In this document: in pieces, positions 42,960 through 57,524 of the stretch
Numbering within the stretch: position 1 is the first letter of the stretch
Layout of the letters: each line of letters opens with the position of its first letter
DNA from: Octopus vulgaris
Taxonomy: Eukaryota
Length of the DNA: 64,000 bases
NCBI GenBank assembly: GCA_951406725.2
Contig: OX597819.1
Location: 122,636,001-122,700,000 of the forward strand
Direction of reading: 5' to 3'
Made by a program: the position numbers and the translations under genes
Notes under the pieces: generated by a model
The model's database searches: none
The model's input: the letters and a program-made list of their open reading frames with translations, nothing else
Told to the model about the DNA's origin: nothing

Positions 42960-43030
42960 GCCATAATAAGATCCGAGTTTCGGATGTCGGGGCGGAAACC
43001 TGCTCCGGCATCTCGTCAATTATCGAGGCA
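42960..43030 (-). ncRNA. Hammerhead motif, same family as 4261 (core TTGACGA)
   Basis: Minus strand ataa TTGACGA gatgccgg..ccgacatc c GAAACTCggatc ttattatggc. Confidence 0.65.
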
Positions 43031-43352
43031 ATCGAATAATTGTCATATCGTATATGACAGATAAATTCCTCTATTACATAATTTCGAGGTCTCTGTCATT
43101 CCTTTGTTGTCTTACCATTACTATTAATATATATATATATATATATACAAAATGGGACAAGAACGCAAAACATTCAAATAGACGATACAAAAAACACGGA
43201 CGGGTCATTCGAAGCCTCTAATCTTCAGTCAAGAACCGGATCATCCTTGCAATTTCGGCTGTTTTTTGTGTCGTCTATTTGAATGTTTTGCGTTCTTGTC
43301 CCATTTTGTATTTTTATATATGTATTACTGCGGCGTACGTACACCTTATTCT

Positions 43353-43409
<57 letters not shown>

Positions 43410-44758
43410 AAGAGTTATTAGTGAGGGATTATCAAACTGTGAAAAATACTTTATGAGCTCTCAGTTAATACACGAAGAACAACAATTTTTTTTAGATTAG
43501 CAAAGAACTCCTTGTGTAATTATGGCAGGGTCTGTGGTTATAGTTCATCACTATTCTGTATTGTAGATCCATAGTCACATTCCCGTTCCGACTAGTCTTT
43601 TACACGGAGTGATATACAAGACAATATATAATTAATGACCATTATATATTCTTTTATTGTATTAAATCTGATGTACAGCCGTTTCTGATAGTCATTATAG
43701 GTTCGTTCATTGATCGGTTGAAAGAAATTTGAACGACATAGAGTATTAATGCTGCCCTCATCAGTTTGATGGTGTTCTGGTGGAAACCAAGCAGAACAAT
43801 GATAAATGAATGGTAGATGCATAGGAAGGGGAGCGAAGAGAGGCGTTAAATATATGGTGAGTGAATAAGAGATTGCGAGAAGAATGGAAGAAATGTGATG
43901 AAATAGAAAAGAAGAGCTAAAGAGAAGAGAAAGAAAGAAAAGGAAGAATGAAATGAAGAGAAAGGGTAGAGGAGAGGAGGCATGGGATGTGAGAATGAAG
44001 ACGAAAAGGGGAAAAATGATAGCCACTAATAAAACCATTAGTGGCCTTGGTGTGTGTAATTGGATCATCACACTCAAAAAAATTTACATTGTCTTCAGGT
44101 CAATGCACACAAACACACACACACATACACACTCACACACAAGTATATATACAATATGCATGTTATAACCCTCACACAGCGAATCATAATTATTTCTGTT
44201 TTTGGAAAAGAGAAGCTAAATCATTGTTACGTGCGTTTCAGTGAGCAAATTCCATTTATTTCATATAAAATACAATGTTGTGAAATTTCATACAGTAAAT
44301 TTAGAGTTCATTCACTTCTTCAGACAATATAATTTGATTCACAATCAACCTATGCGACATGGGTTTTAATCGCTTCATGAGAGTGTTCAACAACCACGCA
44401 GCTAGATAAAATGCAAATGTTATTATATCAGTTCTTTAGTATATCATCTGTCCTGACGAAATTAAGGCAATTAATCAAAATAGAATTTGACCTTTTCTCT
44501 AAATCATCTTCATCTAAGCGATAACTTGGTATCTTTGATGTCATTTAATTAATTCCTAAGGCAGTTAAGATACATACAATGGCAAAAAGAAAAGATAGAT
44601 AAATAAATATCTACTAATTGATCTTCATTAAAACATTGGCTGTTAGTTACTTGAATATAAGAGTAGAAATACACGAGACAGAATATGTAAACTGTGTCAG
44701 ACAAGGCAATTATAGGGAGAAAACTAAAGTAACTGGATACGAAAGAAGAGAAAGGAAT

Positions 44759-44835
<77 letters not shown>

Positions 44836-45200
44836 CATATGTATATACAGGTAATGATAGAAAAAGTGAAAAAAAATAGGCAAAGAAAATAGAAAAACGA
44901 GCAAAGAAATTTGACGAAAGACAGAAAACATTTGTTGAAGTAAGACACCAGCGCGTTCTGATTGCGCGAGAAGGAAGGAATAATTATGAGGGAATGGTGA
45001 GAGAAGGTGAGTAATAGAGAATGAAGTTTGTGATTATGTAACTAACCGAACGGAGGAAGAGAAAGCAGAGTTAAAGTACTGAAGAGGTGAATGCATACGC
45101 AAGTATTGAAGATAGAAAGAGAAAATTATATAATAGTCTAGTCAATAGAAAGACACTGAATATGATACGTATCGATATTACAAGGACAACAGATGATAGG

Positions 45201-45245
<45 letters not shown>

Positions 45246-46544
45246 GAGTGTGTGTGGGTAAAGGAAAATGTGTGCAAGTTTCTACAGACATTACGTAATT
45301 TATACTATTATTTCAAAAAAGAAGTGAGTTTTCTGATAGTGTTCATTTCGCTTTTGAAATAGTTTTGAACAACACGTAGTTAATTAAAGAGTATTTGATA
45401 TAATAAGCGGGTTGGTAAGCAGAATTCTAAATATTTTTAGAACTTCAATGGTCTACAAGAAAAATGTTTGCGCAATTCCAAAGATATTCTCCCGATAAAA
45501 TTACAATATATTCAGCCTATTGGTAAAATAAAGTTCCGTAGAATAAACTTGGTTTGGTGATGACATTTCGAAATTAGCTGATTCATAATACGCGGAATTC
45601 AGCAAATTGAAAGGAGATGACCGTATGAAGAATGTTTTAAATATAAATAAACGGTACGATGTTTTTCATTCCAAATATGGCTTGGCAAATTCTACCAGTG
45701 AATACAGAAGCTGTAGCTATTCTGTCTCTTTTTAAAAAAAAAATTCAGACAATTTGTATGAAGACCGTATTATCTAATAAATCCTTCGGCGTTTCAAAAA
45801 CAGTTGGCTGTGACCTGGGATAGATTTGGCTGTTATTCCAAGCAGAATGAGCGAGCACGTAGAAACTCTTATGAAAAACGCAATATTTTAGATATTTTTC
45901 TCTATCATTTTATCTTACATAGGCCGACCTACGTATATTTAAGCTGAACATCGATTTTACAAATCTGAGATAACCTGTTAATGTCGTGTGTATTGCTCTT
46001 CTTCACTGACTGTATCAATTTAGGTAACACAGAGGAGTGCAAATTATGGCTGAAAGCGGAAGCAGCATTGACTTTCGGGGCCGAATAATTATCTGTTATT
46101 GGCCGGAGTTTTTCAGGGAAACAATTCGTCTCTCTTTTATTTAGCCCCGTGGAAACAAGAGATAATTATTCGCGCTAGGGATCTTTGTAATTAAAAAACC
46201 AATAAAACATGGCTGAGAACGTGTGTTGCAGAGAAAGGAATGGATAGTGATCGGTTAACAGCCCTGTTGGCAGAATGTTACTAAGGGGATTAAGTAATCA
46301 ACCTCAAAGCAGATCACTAGCGATTAATCGTTGATTTTAATCACCCTCATTTCAAACTTTGTGTGATAATCTGATGTGCACATTGTTTTTACTTACTGGA
46401 TTTGGAGGAAATAGCAAAACCCATAAAATTGGCAAGTCTTCCTTAGACGATAAGATTGATACAATTACTTGCTTGGGTGCAGTTTAGGGTGTTCGAGCCT
46501 GCAAAGAGCAGCAGTGGTTGTGTTCCAGATGTAGGAGCTTTAAA

Positions 46545-46865
46545 GGTGGCGAGCTGGCAGAGACGTTAGCATACCGGGCGAAATGCTTAGCGGTATTTCG
46601 TCTGTCATTACGTTCTGAGTTCAAATTCCACCGAGGTCGACTTTGTCTTTCATCCTTTCGGGGTCGATAAATTAAGTACCAGTTACACACTGGAGTCGAT
46701 CTAATCGACTTAATCAGTTTGTCTGTCCTTGTTTGTCCCCTCTGTGTGTAGCCCCTTGTTGGCAGTAAAGAAATAGGTATTTGGACTGTCTTTACGTTCT
46801 GAGTTCAAATTCCGCCAAGGTCGACTTTACTTTTCATCCTTTCGGGGTCGATAAATTAAGTACTA
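46545..46865 (+). mobile_element. SINE family B with partial second body
   Basis: Family B head and body; restart after aaagaaatag at about 46777. Confidence 0.85.
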
Positions 46866-46869
46866 GTCT

Positions 46870-49150
46870 TTATTCGGCTGTAATATTCTTTAGTAACACA
46901 TGGTTTGTTACAGGTGCCACTCTAATATATATTTTCATCCACCTCTAGAAACCTGTAACATTCCTCGTCAGATGCAGGGGAAACAGTCAAATCATTAATG
47001 GAAATGTTACTAGTCTGGTTTATCGTTTTCCCCCTTTTCACAACCATATAACATTTATCCTGACTAAACATCAACCCTGCATCCTTTGAGAATGCTGTAT
47101 CTAGGTCAAGTCTCTTTTTCATCTCATGCATATTCTTTGCATAAAGTTTTTAGTCATCCACCAAGAAACAGTGTGTAATTTTGGTATTTCTGTTTCCTTG
47201 TGAATCAGTGTGATACCCTTATTTAACATGAATGACAAGGAGTTTACGGAAAGTATAAACATCAAAGAGAGGTTGTCTCCTTGGAATATGCCTTTGCGAT
47301 ACTGTATTTTATCGGAGATAATACAGTCACTCTTTGTGTTTAATTTCAAGTTGTGACCCACGATGAAGTCAGGTGAGCTATGGCTTTGATTATTCTCACT
47401 GGAACTTTAGCAAGTTGAAGGGCTTCTCAATATTATACCACACTAGTTAGCTCTGCGTGAGACAAAATTGATCCCCAAATGCAGAACCGTCCACATGGCA
47501 AAAAGCTACCGGTCAATTGCATACCAGAACTTAATGTATGAAATATATACAGCATGTTTAAACCTCTTCCTCCAGGACCATTGTGAAACTAGTAATATTA
47601 TCACAACAGAACAAGCACCTGGAAAGAAGTGAGTCTAGGGATATGACGAATAATTGTTAATCAACAAAACTGTAATGTCAGAGGTGCGAGGGCATGGGGG
47701 GAACCTAGTTTCAAAGTGGCTAGACTACAAGAAAGTCTTTGACTCCCTTCCACACTCGTGGATGCTAGAAGCCCTTCAACTTGCTAAAGTTCCAGTGAGA
47801 ATAATCAATGCCATAGCTGACATGACTTCATCGTGCTGGTACAGATAGATAAGATTGCTGGTACAGATAGATAAGATACGGTCGGTAGAATGTTAGCTTC
47901 TTGTACCGGTTTCCAACAATCAAGTCTCTTCCAAGTCCCATCCTGGAGTTTCTGGATCACAGTTGCAAGAGTTTCACTATCAATATGTCTTGGATGTAAT
48001 GCAGGAGCAATATCTTCTTCGGATTACTTCCAGTCACAGAGCGTCTTGGTTAAATTCCTTCTCTTCACTCCAGATTTTCCTCCAGAAGGAGTCTATGTCT
48101 TCTCGCGAAGGAGCTTCCGTGATGTTTATTGCTCCTCCCCTCATGTACCTGTATGCTGCTGCCTGGTTGAAGTTAAATGCTTTGCTTATTTTTCTTCTCT
48201 CAGTTACTCTCTTCTGATGTCGGAGTTTTTCACTGACAGATTTTAGCTCCTACTTCAGGAAAACCCACGATGGTACTTTCTTTGTTATTTCGGTTTCTGT
48301 TACTTTTTGAATATCATTTATGTACTGTTTTACAGTAGCAGCCAGAGCATATAGACAGGCGTTAATCTGCCAGTATGTGGGTTCATCACACTTTGGTAAA
48401 TGCTGATCCCTAATTTCGTTAACAGCTTTTAATTCAATATCTAGTGTTTTTTTTAACTTACTTTGGTAGGGAATACTTTCTCCTCAAGAGAGTCCTTCGA
48501 AACCAAAGTTATATTTCCTCAGAAAATTTCAGTAAGGACACATTTCACTGGCATATAATCCTGACTATCACTATTACTACTACAATAATCGTTGCGGTTG
48601 TGGCTGCTATTTACCATCGTCGTACAAGGGGGACAGTGGTCAGTTACTTGAGCCAGTAATGTAGTTTGGCTGACAGGCACTATGGAATATCTTGAAATGT
48701 CGCTATCTGTGAAACCACGTGATGGTCTTATATCATTTACGTGTTCATTTTTGTTTATAGAATTGGGAAGAAGGTTAATTTTCGATTTCTTAAGAAAGTT
48801 ACAGTTACTAACCTTCTTTCTATGTTCTGCAAACGTTACCTGTTGGCGTGGTTGCTTCGCAATAAAATGATTTAACTCTGGATGCAGATCGTCCAAATAT
48901 CATTTCAATCGTTTCATATAGCCAACAGCGGGGTTTTGTTTCGCTTTTTCGTAGCAGTTAAATAGATCATTATTCAATTCATAACTTTAGGGGAAATGAA
49001 TTTTGTAGTTAGTGTTTCTTCTATAACTACACCTAGAAAGAATTTGATTACCTGCTGAGCTTCTGTTTCCGTTCCGTTCCTCGAGTGTGATGTTGTTGGT
49101 GTGTTCAGCCATGTTGTTTGTAGTAAGTCTCTGCATGTTAAATTCAAGTG
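46870..49150 (-). mobile_element. Decayed RLE-type (R4-like) LINE, RT and N-terminal region, with internal inversion
   Basis: Minus strand KGIFQGDNLS..FILSVNSLSFML and YRFLEV; plus-strand block WLDYKKVFDSLPHSWMLEAL. Confidence 0.8.
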
Positions 49151-49355
49151 TTTAGTCGAAAATCACTTCGATCGTGAATAAAACGCTCCTTCAGTTAATT
49201 CATCTGAAGATTAACCAGATATTTAACAAGGCTGATAGCTGTGGTTCCAAAGTTGGAGATAGTAGTCATCGTATTTTCGATAAATAGTCTCCCACGCCAA
49301 ATACGCGACTTGTCGTTTCGAATGTGCATGTATGTATGTACGTACGTACATAAGA

Positions 49356-49421
<66 letters not shown>

Positions 49422-49559
49422 TTATCTATCTATTTATCTCTCTGTCTGTCTGTCTGTGTGTCTATATATATACAATATAAATAATATATAAATATATATA
49501 TACATATATATATATATATTTATGCATATATACATACGTATATGTACATACATCTATAC

Positions 49560-49611
<52 letters not shown>

Positions 49612-50108
49612 GTATATGTGGGCACAGGACGTCACGAAACGTGTACAACAAAAAAGTACGAAGCACGAGTACATGGAACATGAACTGTTCTTTCGAACAA
49701 CGATAGACACAAATGAAAAATAAAACAAACATAAAGAACGGCCTTTCATCAGTTGTTGGCTGTTTTCCGAGTCTCGTATTTCGAGACTTTTATTATTTTA
49801 TTCTTCTACTTGCTTCAGTCATTTGATTACGGCCATGCTGGAGCACTGCTATAAAGGGGGTTTTAGTCGAAGAACCATGTTATGTCATAGGCAAACAGCC
49901 GCTGTAAGGTTTCATGGCCTGAGCCAAAAAAGTGAGATTGGTATTTTGATATCGAGGAAGCCTTTTAGCCGTTTTGCTAATTTTCTGTATTCTATAAGAT
50001 TTGTTGCTGGACATTTTGTTTAAGAACGAGAAATAATAATTTCTTAACTGACTTGCAGAACTAATACATAATTCATAAGATGTAACTCAATTTGTGTGAG
50101 TGTATATA

Positions 50109-50308
<200 letters not shown>

Positions 50309-50483
50309 TGTATGTATGTACCTACGTATGTATGTATGTATGTATGTATGTACCTACGTATGTATGTATGTATGTATGTATGTATGTATGTATGTATGTA
50401 CCTACGTATGTGCATGTAAACGTAGATATATAGATAAAAGTATATGCATACATGTAGACTTTCATACACACAAGCGTATACAC

Positions 50484-50559
<76 letters not shown>

Positions 50560-50939
50560 GAGTCTGTGAACATGTGTATATATGCGTATGAGTATGTGCA
50601 TCTATACGTAGATATAGATATATAGATAAACATATATATATTTATATATGTATGTATAATCAGATACATGCATACATACACACATCCAATTAAATACTGC
50701 CACACACACACGCATTGAGCGACACACATGCACTCAGTAGCGCGCAGAGATTTATTATTTTAATATATATTTATATGCATATGTATGTGTATATATATAT
50801 GGGAGGGAGCGTGCGTGTTTGTGTGTATGTGTGTGCGTGTATATGTATATATATATATATATATTTAAAATATACACACACACACTATATGTATCAATGT
50901 GTGTGTGAGTGTGTATGTTAGTGTGCATGTGTGTGCGTG

Positions 50940-50981
<42 letters not shown>

Positions 50982-51770
50982 AAATATGCACACACACACT
51001 ATATGTTTCAGTGTGTGTGTGAGTGTGTATGTGACTGTGTGTATATGTTTGTGTGTGCGTTTTCGTTATCTACACGCAAACGTTGCAAATTTTTACATGC
51101 GGTTCTTCAGTACATTATTCTGTTTAAACGCTAAATATACATAAGAACTGGTACAATCTCCGGTTATCTTTTATTATATCTTGCTTACGTTGGTGTTTTC
51201 ATTCAGTAAATTATTATGGATTTTTGTTTTGTACTGTCAGTTATTAGTTCAGTTATCGACCCGAGGAACGAGCGGAAGAAAAATCAACGTCACGATGATT
51301 TTAAATCACAGCAATGGAAAGAAAGTAAAAATATTATATTTTGTATGGTTTTTAGTTTTACAAATGGCTGCTTTATATTGGATTTGATTTATTTTTCTAT
51401 TGGTTTGATCTGGAGGAAGGGGTTTGTAAGTTGACGGTTTCGAAAATGATGAACCGTGCAGTGAGGGATTTGTTGAAAAGATAACGTATTGGGAAGGAAA
51501 GATTACGTGGAGTGGTACATGTTGGACCTGGGTACGGCGGACGGTATGTAGGTGATGGAAAAGGGTACCGAGAAAGTCAAGCCTGTTTGGGTGGAAACGA
51601 CTCGAAGTCAACCAAGAATATAACAATGTGAACATTTATATTTAACACGTTCCCGTACACGACAACGTGGAAGGCGTCCACAACAGGATTCTTGTCGCAG
51701 AGAAAACTTTCTCTTTGTGGACTTTTGTATATAAAACTATAATGAGCCTGTTCTAAATGGCCTCAGAGTA

Positions 51771-51815
51771 CTGCTAGACACGTGTTTCGGCGTTAATGCA
51801 TCTCCTCAGTGACAG
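51771..51815 (-). ncRNA. Hammerhead ribozyme motif
   Basis: Minus strand ctgtca CTGAGGA gatgcattaacgcc GAAA CACGTG TC tagcag; palindromic stem III, GUC triplet, imperfect stem II. Confidence 0.7.
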
Positions 51816-53171
51816 ACACTTTTTCACTTATTCAGTCCTGTTAGATGTGATTTTACATACAAAGTTTATAAGGAGATTGTTTTTTCAGAGAAAATAGCTC
51901 TGCAGGTAACGTCGTCAAATTTGTAGTGTATAAGAACATGACAAATATAAATATTCACACCTTTATTTTTACCTTCGTCCTTTCATTTCCTTAAAATAAA
52001 TTGGAGTGTTTTGTATAAAAAAAAAAATAACCACAGTAGTTCACAGGCACTTTATTTCTTCGATCGTAGAAAAACGAAAGTTGATTATTTGTCAGTTTAT
52101 AAATGATAGAGTTAATTCTATGGGCTATAGCACCGCCTACTCAACAGAAAGAAACTTACTATTCTTTTGGAATGTGTGGAGAAGAATTAACTGATGTGGT
52201 TCCAAACGTGAAAGAAAGAAAAATGCATTCATACAAACGAGCATACGTTAATGCATACGCACACACACATACATGCATACATGTATATAGAAATACACGC
52301 GTACATACATATACATGTATGTATGTAAATATGTATGTATGTATACACGCAAGCAGACAAGCAGGCACACATACATATATACAAAAGCACTCGCATATAC
52401 ACACACGCGTGTGTTTATATTTACATGTTTTACATATAAAACAGTTTCTTATTTCACATAATGACTGTACAGGTATGAATCTATCTTAATTGAAACTGCA
52501 ATAATTAAAAGCATTATGGCTTCGCTGTCACTGTCACCATGGCACTGTCTGTATTAATTAGATAATTTGAGTAAATTTCGATAAAAATTATATCGGAAGT
52601 TAATAAGATTTTCGAACATAATAATGATAAACTCCAGTGAGAGGATAGATATTTTAATTGAAATGGTGTTTCGGAATAAACTAAGTTACCAGCCAACATT
52701 CTATATTAAGAGAATCCCTCCAATTTTGCTGGAAATATCTACCTGCGATCATCGGAAGCATTTTACTGGTATTTCTTCGTATTTTCATTCCCCGGAGGTA
52801 TGAAAAGCTATGCTAGTCCACGCTGAACGCGAAACTACAAAATGGACAAAGCAAGAGATTTCTGCCAGTCTATCATCGTCCCCGTTGCACAATGAGCTAT
52901 AATTAATTGTTTCTAATTTTGAATGAAAGCCAGTAATTATGAGGGGGGAGGTAACAAGTAAATTCCGTCAACACCAATGCTTGGCTGGTTCGTTATTTTA
53001 TTGACCCCGGTAGGATGAAAGACACATTTGATGTCAGCAGGATTTGAAATCAGAACAACTAATAGAGCAGTTGTCCGACACTCTAACAATTCTGTCAGCT
53101 TGCAACCTACATAATTTTCTACTTTGTTCAAATAGAATTCAAGACTTATTCAGACAGAATACAAGTCGCTA

Positions 53172-53775
53172 AGGTGGCGAGCTGGCAGAATCATTAGAAC
53201 ACCGGGCGAAATGCTTAGCAGTATTTCGTCCGCCGCTACATTCTGAGTTCAAATTCCGACGAGGTCGACTTTGCCTTTCATCCTTTCGGGGTCGATAAAT
53301 TAAGTACCAGTTACGCACTGGGGTCGATGTAATCGACTTAATACCTATGTCTGTCTTTGTTTGTCCCCTCTTTGTTTAGCCCCTTGTGGGTTATAAAGAA
53401 ATAGGTATTTCGTCTGTCGCTACATTCTGAGTTCAAATTCCGCCGAGATCGACTTCACCTTTCATCATTTCGGGATCGATTAAATAAGTACCAGTTACGC
53501 ATTGGGGTCGATAGAATCGACTTAATCCATCTGTCTGTCCTTGTTTTGTCCTCTCTGTGTTTAGCCCCTTGTGGGTAGTAAATAAATAGGTATTTTGTCT
53601 GCCGTTACGTTCTGAGTTCAAATTCCGCCGAAGTCGACTTTGCCTTTCATCCTTTCGAGATCGATTAAATAAGTACCAGTTACGCACTGGGGTCGAGGTA
53701 ATCGACTTAATCCGTTTGTCTGTCTTTGTTTGCCCCCTCTATGTTTAGCCTTTTATGGGCAATAAACAAATAAGA
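53172..53775 (+). mobile_element. SINE family B trimer
   Basis: One head; bodies restart after aaatag at about 53405 and 53590. Confidence 0.9.
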
Positions 53776-53825
53776 ATTCAAGTCTTGAATAAATTGACTT
53801 CGTTTTGAGCATAATTTGCAAAATA

Positions 53826-53866
<41 letters not shown>

Positions 53867-54959
53867 GGGAGAATGAGAAAGAGAGAGAGAATTGCACAGA
53901 CAAAAAAAAATGCTCTCTGTTGTCAAAAATCTGGACCTGAACAAGGACATTTTTGACACACAGAATCCGAAAATGATATCCATTTATTACCATCACGTCA
54001 AGATTTTAAGATAATGGATTCATAGAATTTCAATAAAATTGTTTGCGAAAAACAAGGAATAACATACAAACATACAAAAAAATTTGTTTTGCTTCAAAAC
54101 CAGAAAGTTTTTTAAAAAATTCTTCTGAATGTTTTCTTACAATTCTACTCAAAAACTTGTAAACAACCTTAAAAATTACATCATTGTTGATGCCTAATCT
54201 CCCATGAATTTGCGTTCGGATGATTTTCTTGGGTGATGAACCCCAGAATAATCACGGGAAAAGTTCTAGAAATATTCTGCAATCATATGCAAGTGCGCTA
54301 ACTTTGAGTGATCTCGGTGTTAGCCATCACTTCCTGGATTGTGAGTGTCTTTAGCCGAGTTCACTGAATAACAAGCATTCGCGTTAGTTTTCATGTCTCA
54401 GAATACGTCTAAGAACTTCTATTGTTACACGTGACCAGTCCCATTGGCGTTGCAACAGGATACAGGCGCTATTTTTTATCCTCTAAGCCATAAACAATGC
54501 ATAAATATGAAGAAAAAAACCGCCTAGAACCTATATCATTGTAAATAATAACAGAGAAATTATTGTGATTCAACAATAGAAATGTGAAACAATATAAGTT
54601 TAACGTCAACACAATCGGATATTAAAACAGGATACCATTATCTAGCCGCTGATCTTCAGTACCCTTCTCTTTATTTCGACTGCACGTTAATCTGTATAAT
54701 ACGTCGCCATCTTCCATTACATACAATAGCTTCTATCCTTCCTTGTGTAGTTAGTTATTCATAGAAATATTACAACTTAATCTGATATCTGAAGCTTTCA
54801 TCCAAAATCAGTTTCCTCTGTCCGTCTGAAAGATTGTCTACCATTACATATTCAATATTATAAGATTGAAATTATATTTTGTCATTTTCCATTCAGTTCA
54901 GCATTCAATAACCATCATTCATTTCCGCCATATTTTTCTTTGCTTTCATTCGACCCTCC

Positions 54960-54961
54960 AT

Positions 54962-55027
<66 letters not shown>

Positions 55028-55030
55028 TTC

Positions 55031-55123
<93 letters not shown>

Positions 55124-55216
55124 TTCCCTTCTTTGTTTGTTTGTTTGTTTGTTTCTTTCTTTGTTTCTTTGTTTCTTTCTTTGGTTGTTTGTTTTTCCTC
55201 CGTCCTTCCTTCCATC

Positions 55217-55255
<39 letters not shown>

Positions 55256-55330
55256 TGCTTTTCCTTCTTCCTTCCTCCCTTCATTTCTTTCTTTCTTTCT
55301 CTCTTTCTTTCTTTCTTCCTTTCTTTCTTA
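54960..55330. repeat. (CTTT)n microsatellite
   Basis: Direct reading of the sequence. Confidence 0.95.
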
Positions 55331-56629
55331 CCTATTTTCTATGTATGTATGCAACATTTTTTCTTATGCATTACAATTCTCCTTAGAAATAAAGAGCTGG
55401 TTTCTCACAAAATAATGAAAATCCATAACTTGAATTCAAATAATAGCAACAATACATGTTGAACTATAAAAAATGTCTGCCATATCTTACTATTCCATCA
55501 ACAGACATTAATCTTTACCTGTTTATTAACGAGGGCGAATTCTAGTCTCTCAGATTTATCACTTGAACATTTTCTAAAATAATCAACTACACCGATATTC
55601 ATAGATATAAATATGAATTTATAATCAGAATATAGAAACATTAATTTCGAAGAAGTTACTCATATTCCTTTTCTCACTGAATTCGGAAGAGACGTTCGTT
55701 ATTGGAGGAAACTGACATCTATATTATAATTATAAATGAGTTACTCAAACGTATGTTTTCTTTGAGGTTTATTTAAGTTTTTTTTGTGTGTATGGAGTTC
55801 AAGCTGGTTTTTAACAAAGTGACAAGTCTTTTTGGATTAAACCATTATCTGCCAGATTATTTTATTTATAATGTTTTGGTTTTGTCAGATGTCTTAGGAG
55901 TTAGAATAATATATAGTATTTAAATTTTCTTCATATGTGAATTATTTTGGAAATTATGATAAATTTTTCGAAAAGTCAGAAATAGGGATCGCTGAAAAAA
56001 TTCTACTTTTCTGTTCAATTACAATAAAAAACATTTTAGTTTTTTTTTTAAACTATAGTATCAAATGCAAATGTGTATGAAATATCGATGAATGATATCG
56101 ATGGGAAATGCAAAAAAAAAAAAAAAAAAAACTTTTCAAAACAGACAATATTTTTGTAGTTCAAAAATTGCAATTTATGATATAAAATGTCCTCTAGAAT
56201 TAACCAGAGCTAATAATGACAAACTTTAACTACTAAATACTGTTAAACACACCTCTGCAAATGCTATGCACATAAGCAATTCACTTTAAATACAACGAAC
56301 AACCGGCACTGAGACTATTTTTCACAGATCCCCAAATGGGGCTCATGGCAGGTTAAAAGAGATCCCCGTGTTTGTAAAAATGTGGTGCATGTTTAAGGAT
56401 ACGTAGGTGTATTCACTTGCACTTATCCTTTGTGTAAATATCTTTACTAATTAGATATTTGTGCATGCGTATATATGTGTGTGTGTGTATGCGTGCATAC
56501 CATTACTTTTTACGTATGTGCCTTCGTAGATACACTCAACGATGCGTGCGTGTGTTTATATCCATTTAAAGAATCTCAGGTGACGAAGAATCTTTGGGTT
56601 GTCTTCAAAATCTTACTTAGCCGCTCATA

Positions 56630-56843
56630 CCAGGGGGTGCTGAAAAGTTCCTGGCTCTGGGTAAAAGAAAATACAGGAAGATCAGTTAATTATGATTGTG
56701 ATGAACATATTCCCCTCACAGATTCACACACTTATTGCAGCGGTCCTTCAGTTTTTTTTCTAAGTCTTGTAACTCGGAAGTTTGGGCCTCCACCCATGCC
56801 TTTCGTGATACCCTTAAATCCAGGAGCTTTTTAGCACCCACTC

Positions 56844-56844
<1 letters not shown>
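56630..56844. mobile_element. Mariner-type MITE
   Basis: TA-ccagggggtgctgaaaagttcctgg .. ccaggagctttttagcacccactcg-TA. Confidence 0.85.
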
Positions 56845-56889
<45 letters not shown>

Positions 56890-57071
56890 AAACATAATGA
56901 TGCATATATATAACTACGATTATATATTACTCAGGTTTCACGCACTGACACACAAACACACTTACGTTTATATACCCCCACCATGTATATATATATATAC
57001 ATGTGACCGCGTGTGTACCGTTGACGATTTTTTCCTCCGTCTTCCCTTCTTTGGATCTTTCCTTTTCCTAT

Positions 57072-57106
57072 GTTTCTGACGAAGAGCTCCGCTCGAAACA
57101 TCAAAC
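57072..57106 (+). ncRNA. Minimal hammerhead ribozyme motif
   Basis: GTTT CTGACGA a GAGC-tcc-GCTC GAAAC ATC AAAC, within a ~200-bp element bounded by (AT)n. Confidence 0.75.
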
Positions 57107-57203
57107 CCTCCTTCTTTCCTTCTTTCCTGAGCGTCCAATAACACTATGCTTCTTCCACGTCCTCGCGTTGTTGTGTTTTCTCTTTGTGTTTTCATGTTTG
57201 GAT

Positions 57204-57294
<91 letters not shown>

Positions 57295-57524
57295 GTAGGT
57301 AAATTCATTGTTGAAAATGCACCTAAATTTGAAAACTTGTAATTGTTTTAAAATAAATATATACGAAACTGGTTTCAACATTATTTTTTGTTTATCAAAG
57401 GCAAAAATTTAGAATTATGAATTAAGAGAAACACATTTAAAAGTTTCAATGTTAACAAGTTTCAGAGTTCATAACAGTCAATAATATAGAGACTGTTGAT
57501 CAACAGTTTCTATGCGTGCGAATA

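Noticed and set aside
43732-43767. aaaCTGATGAggg..ctc tatgtc gtt on the minus strand
   Set aside because: The GAAAC segment is missing; at best a dead hammerhead relic.
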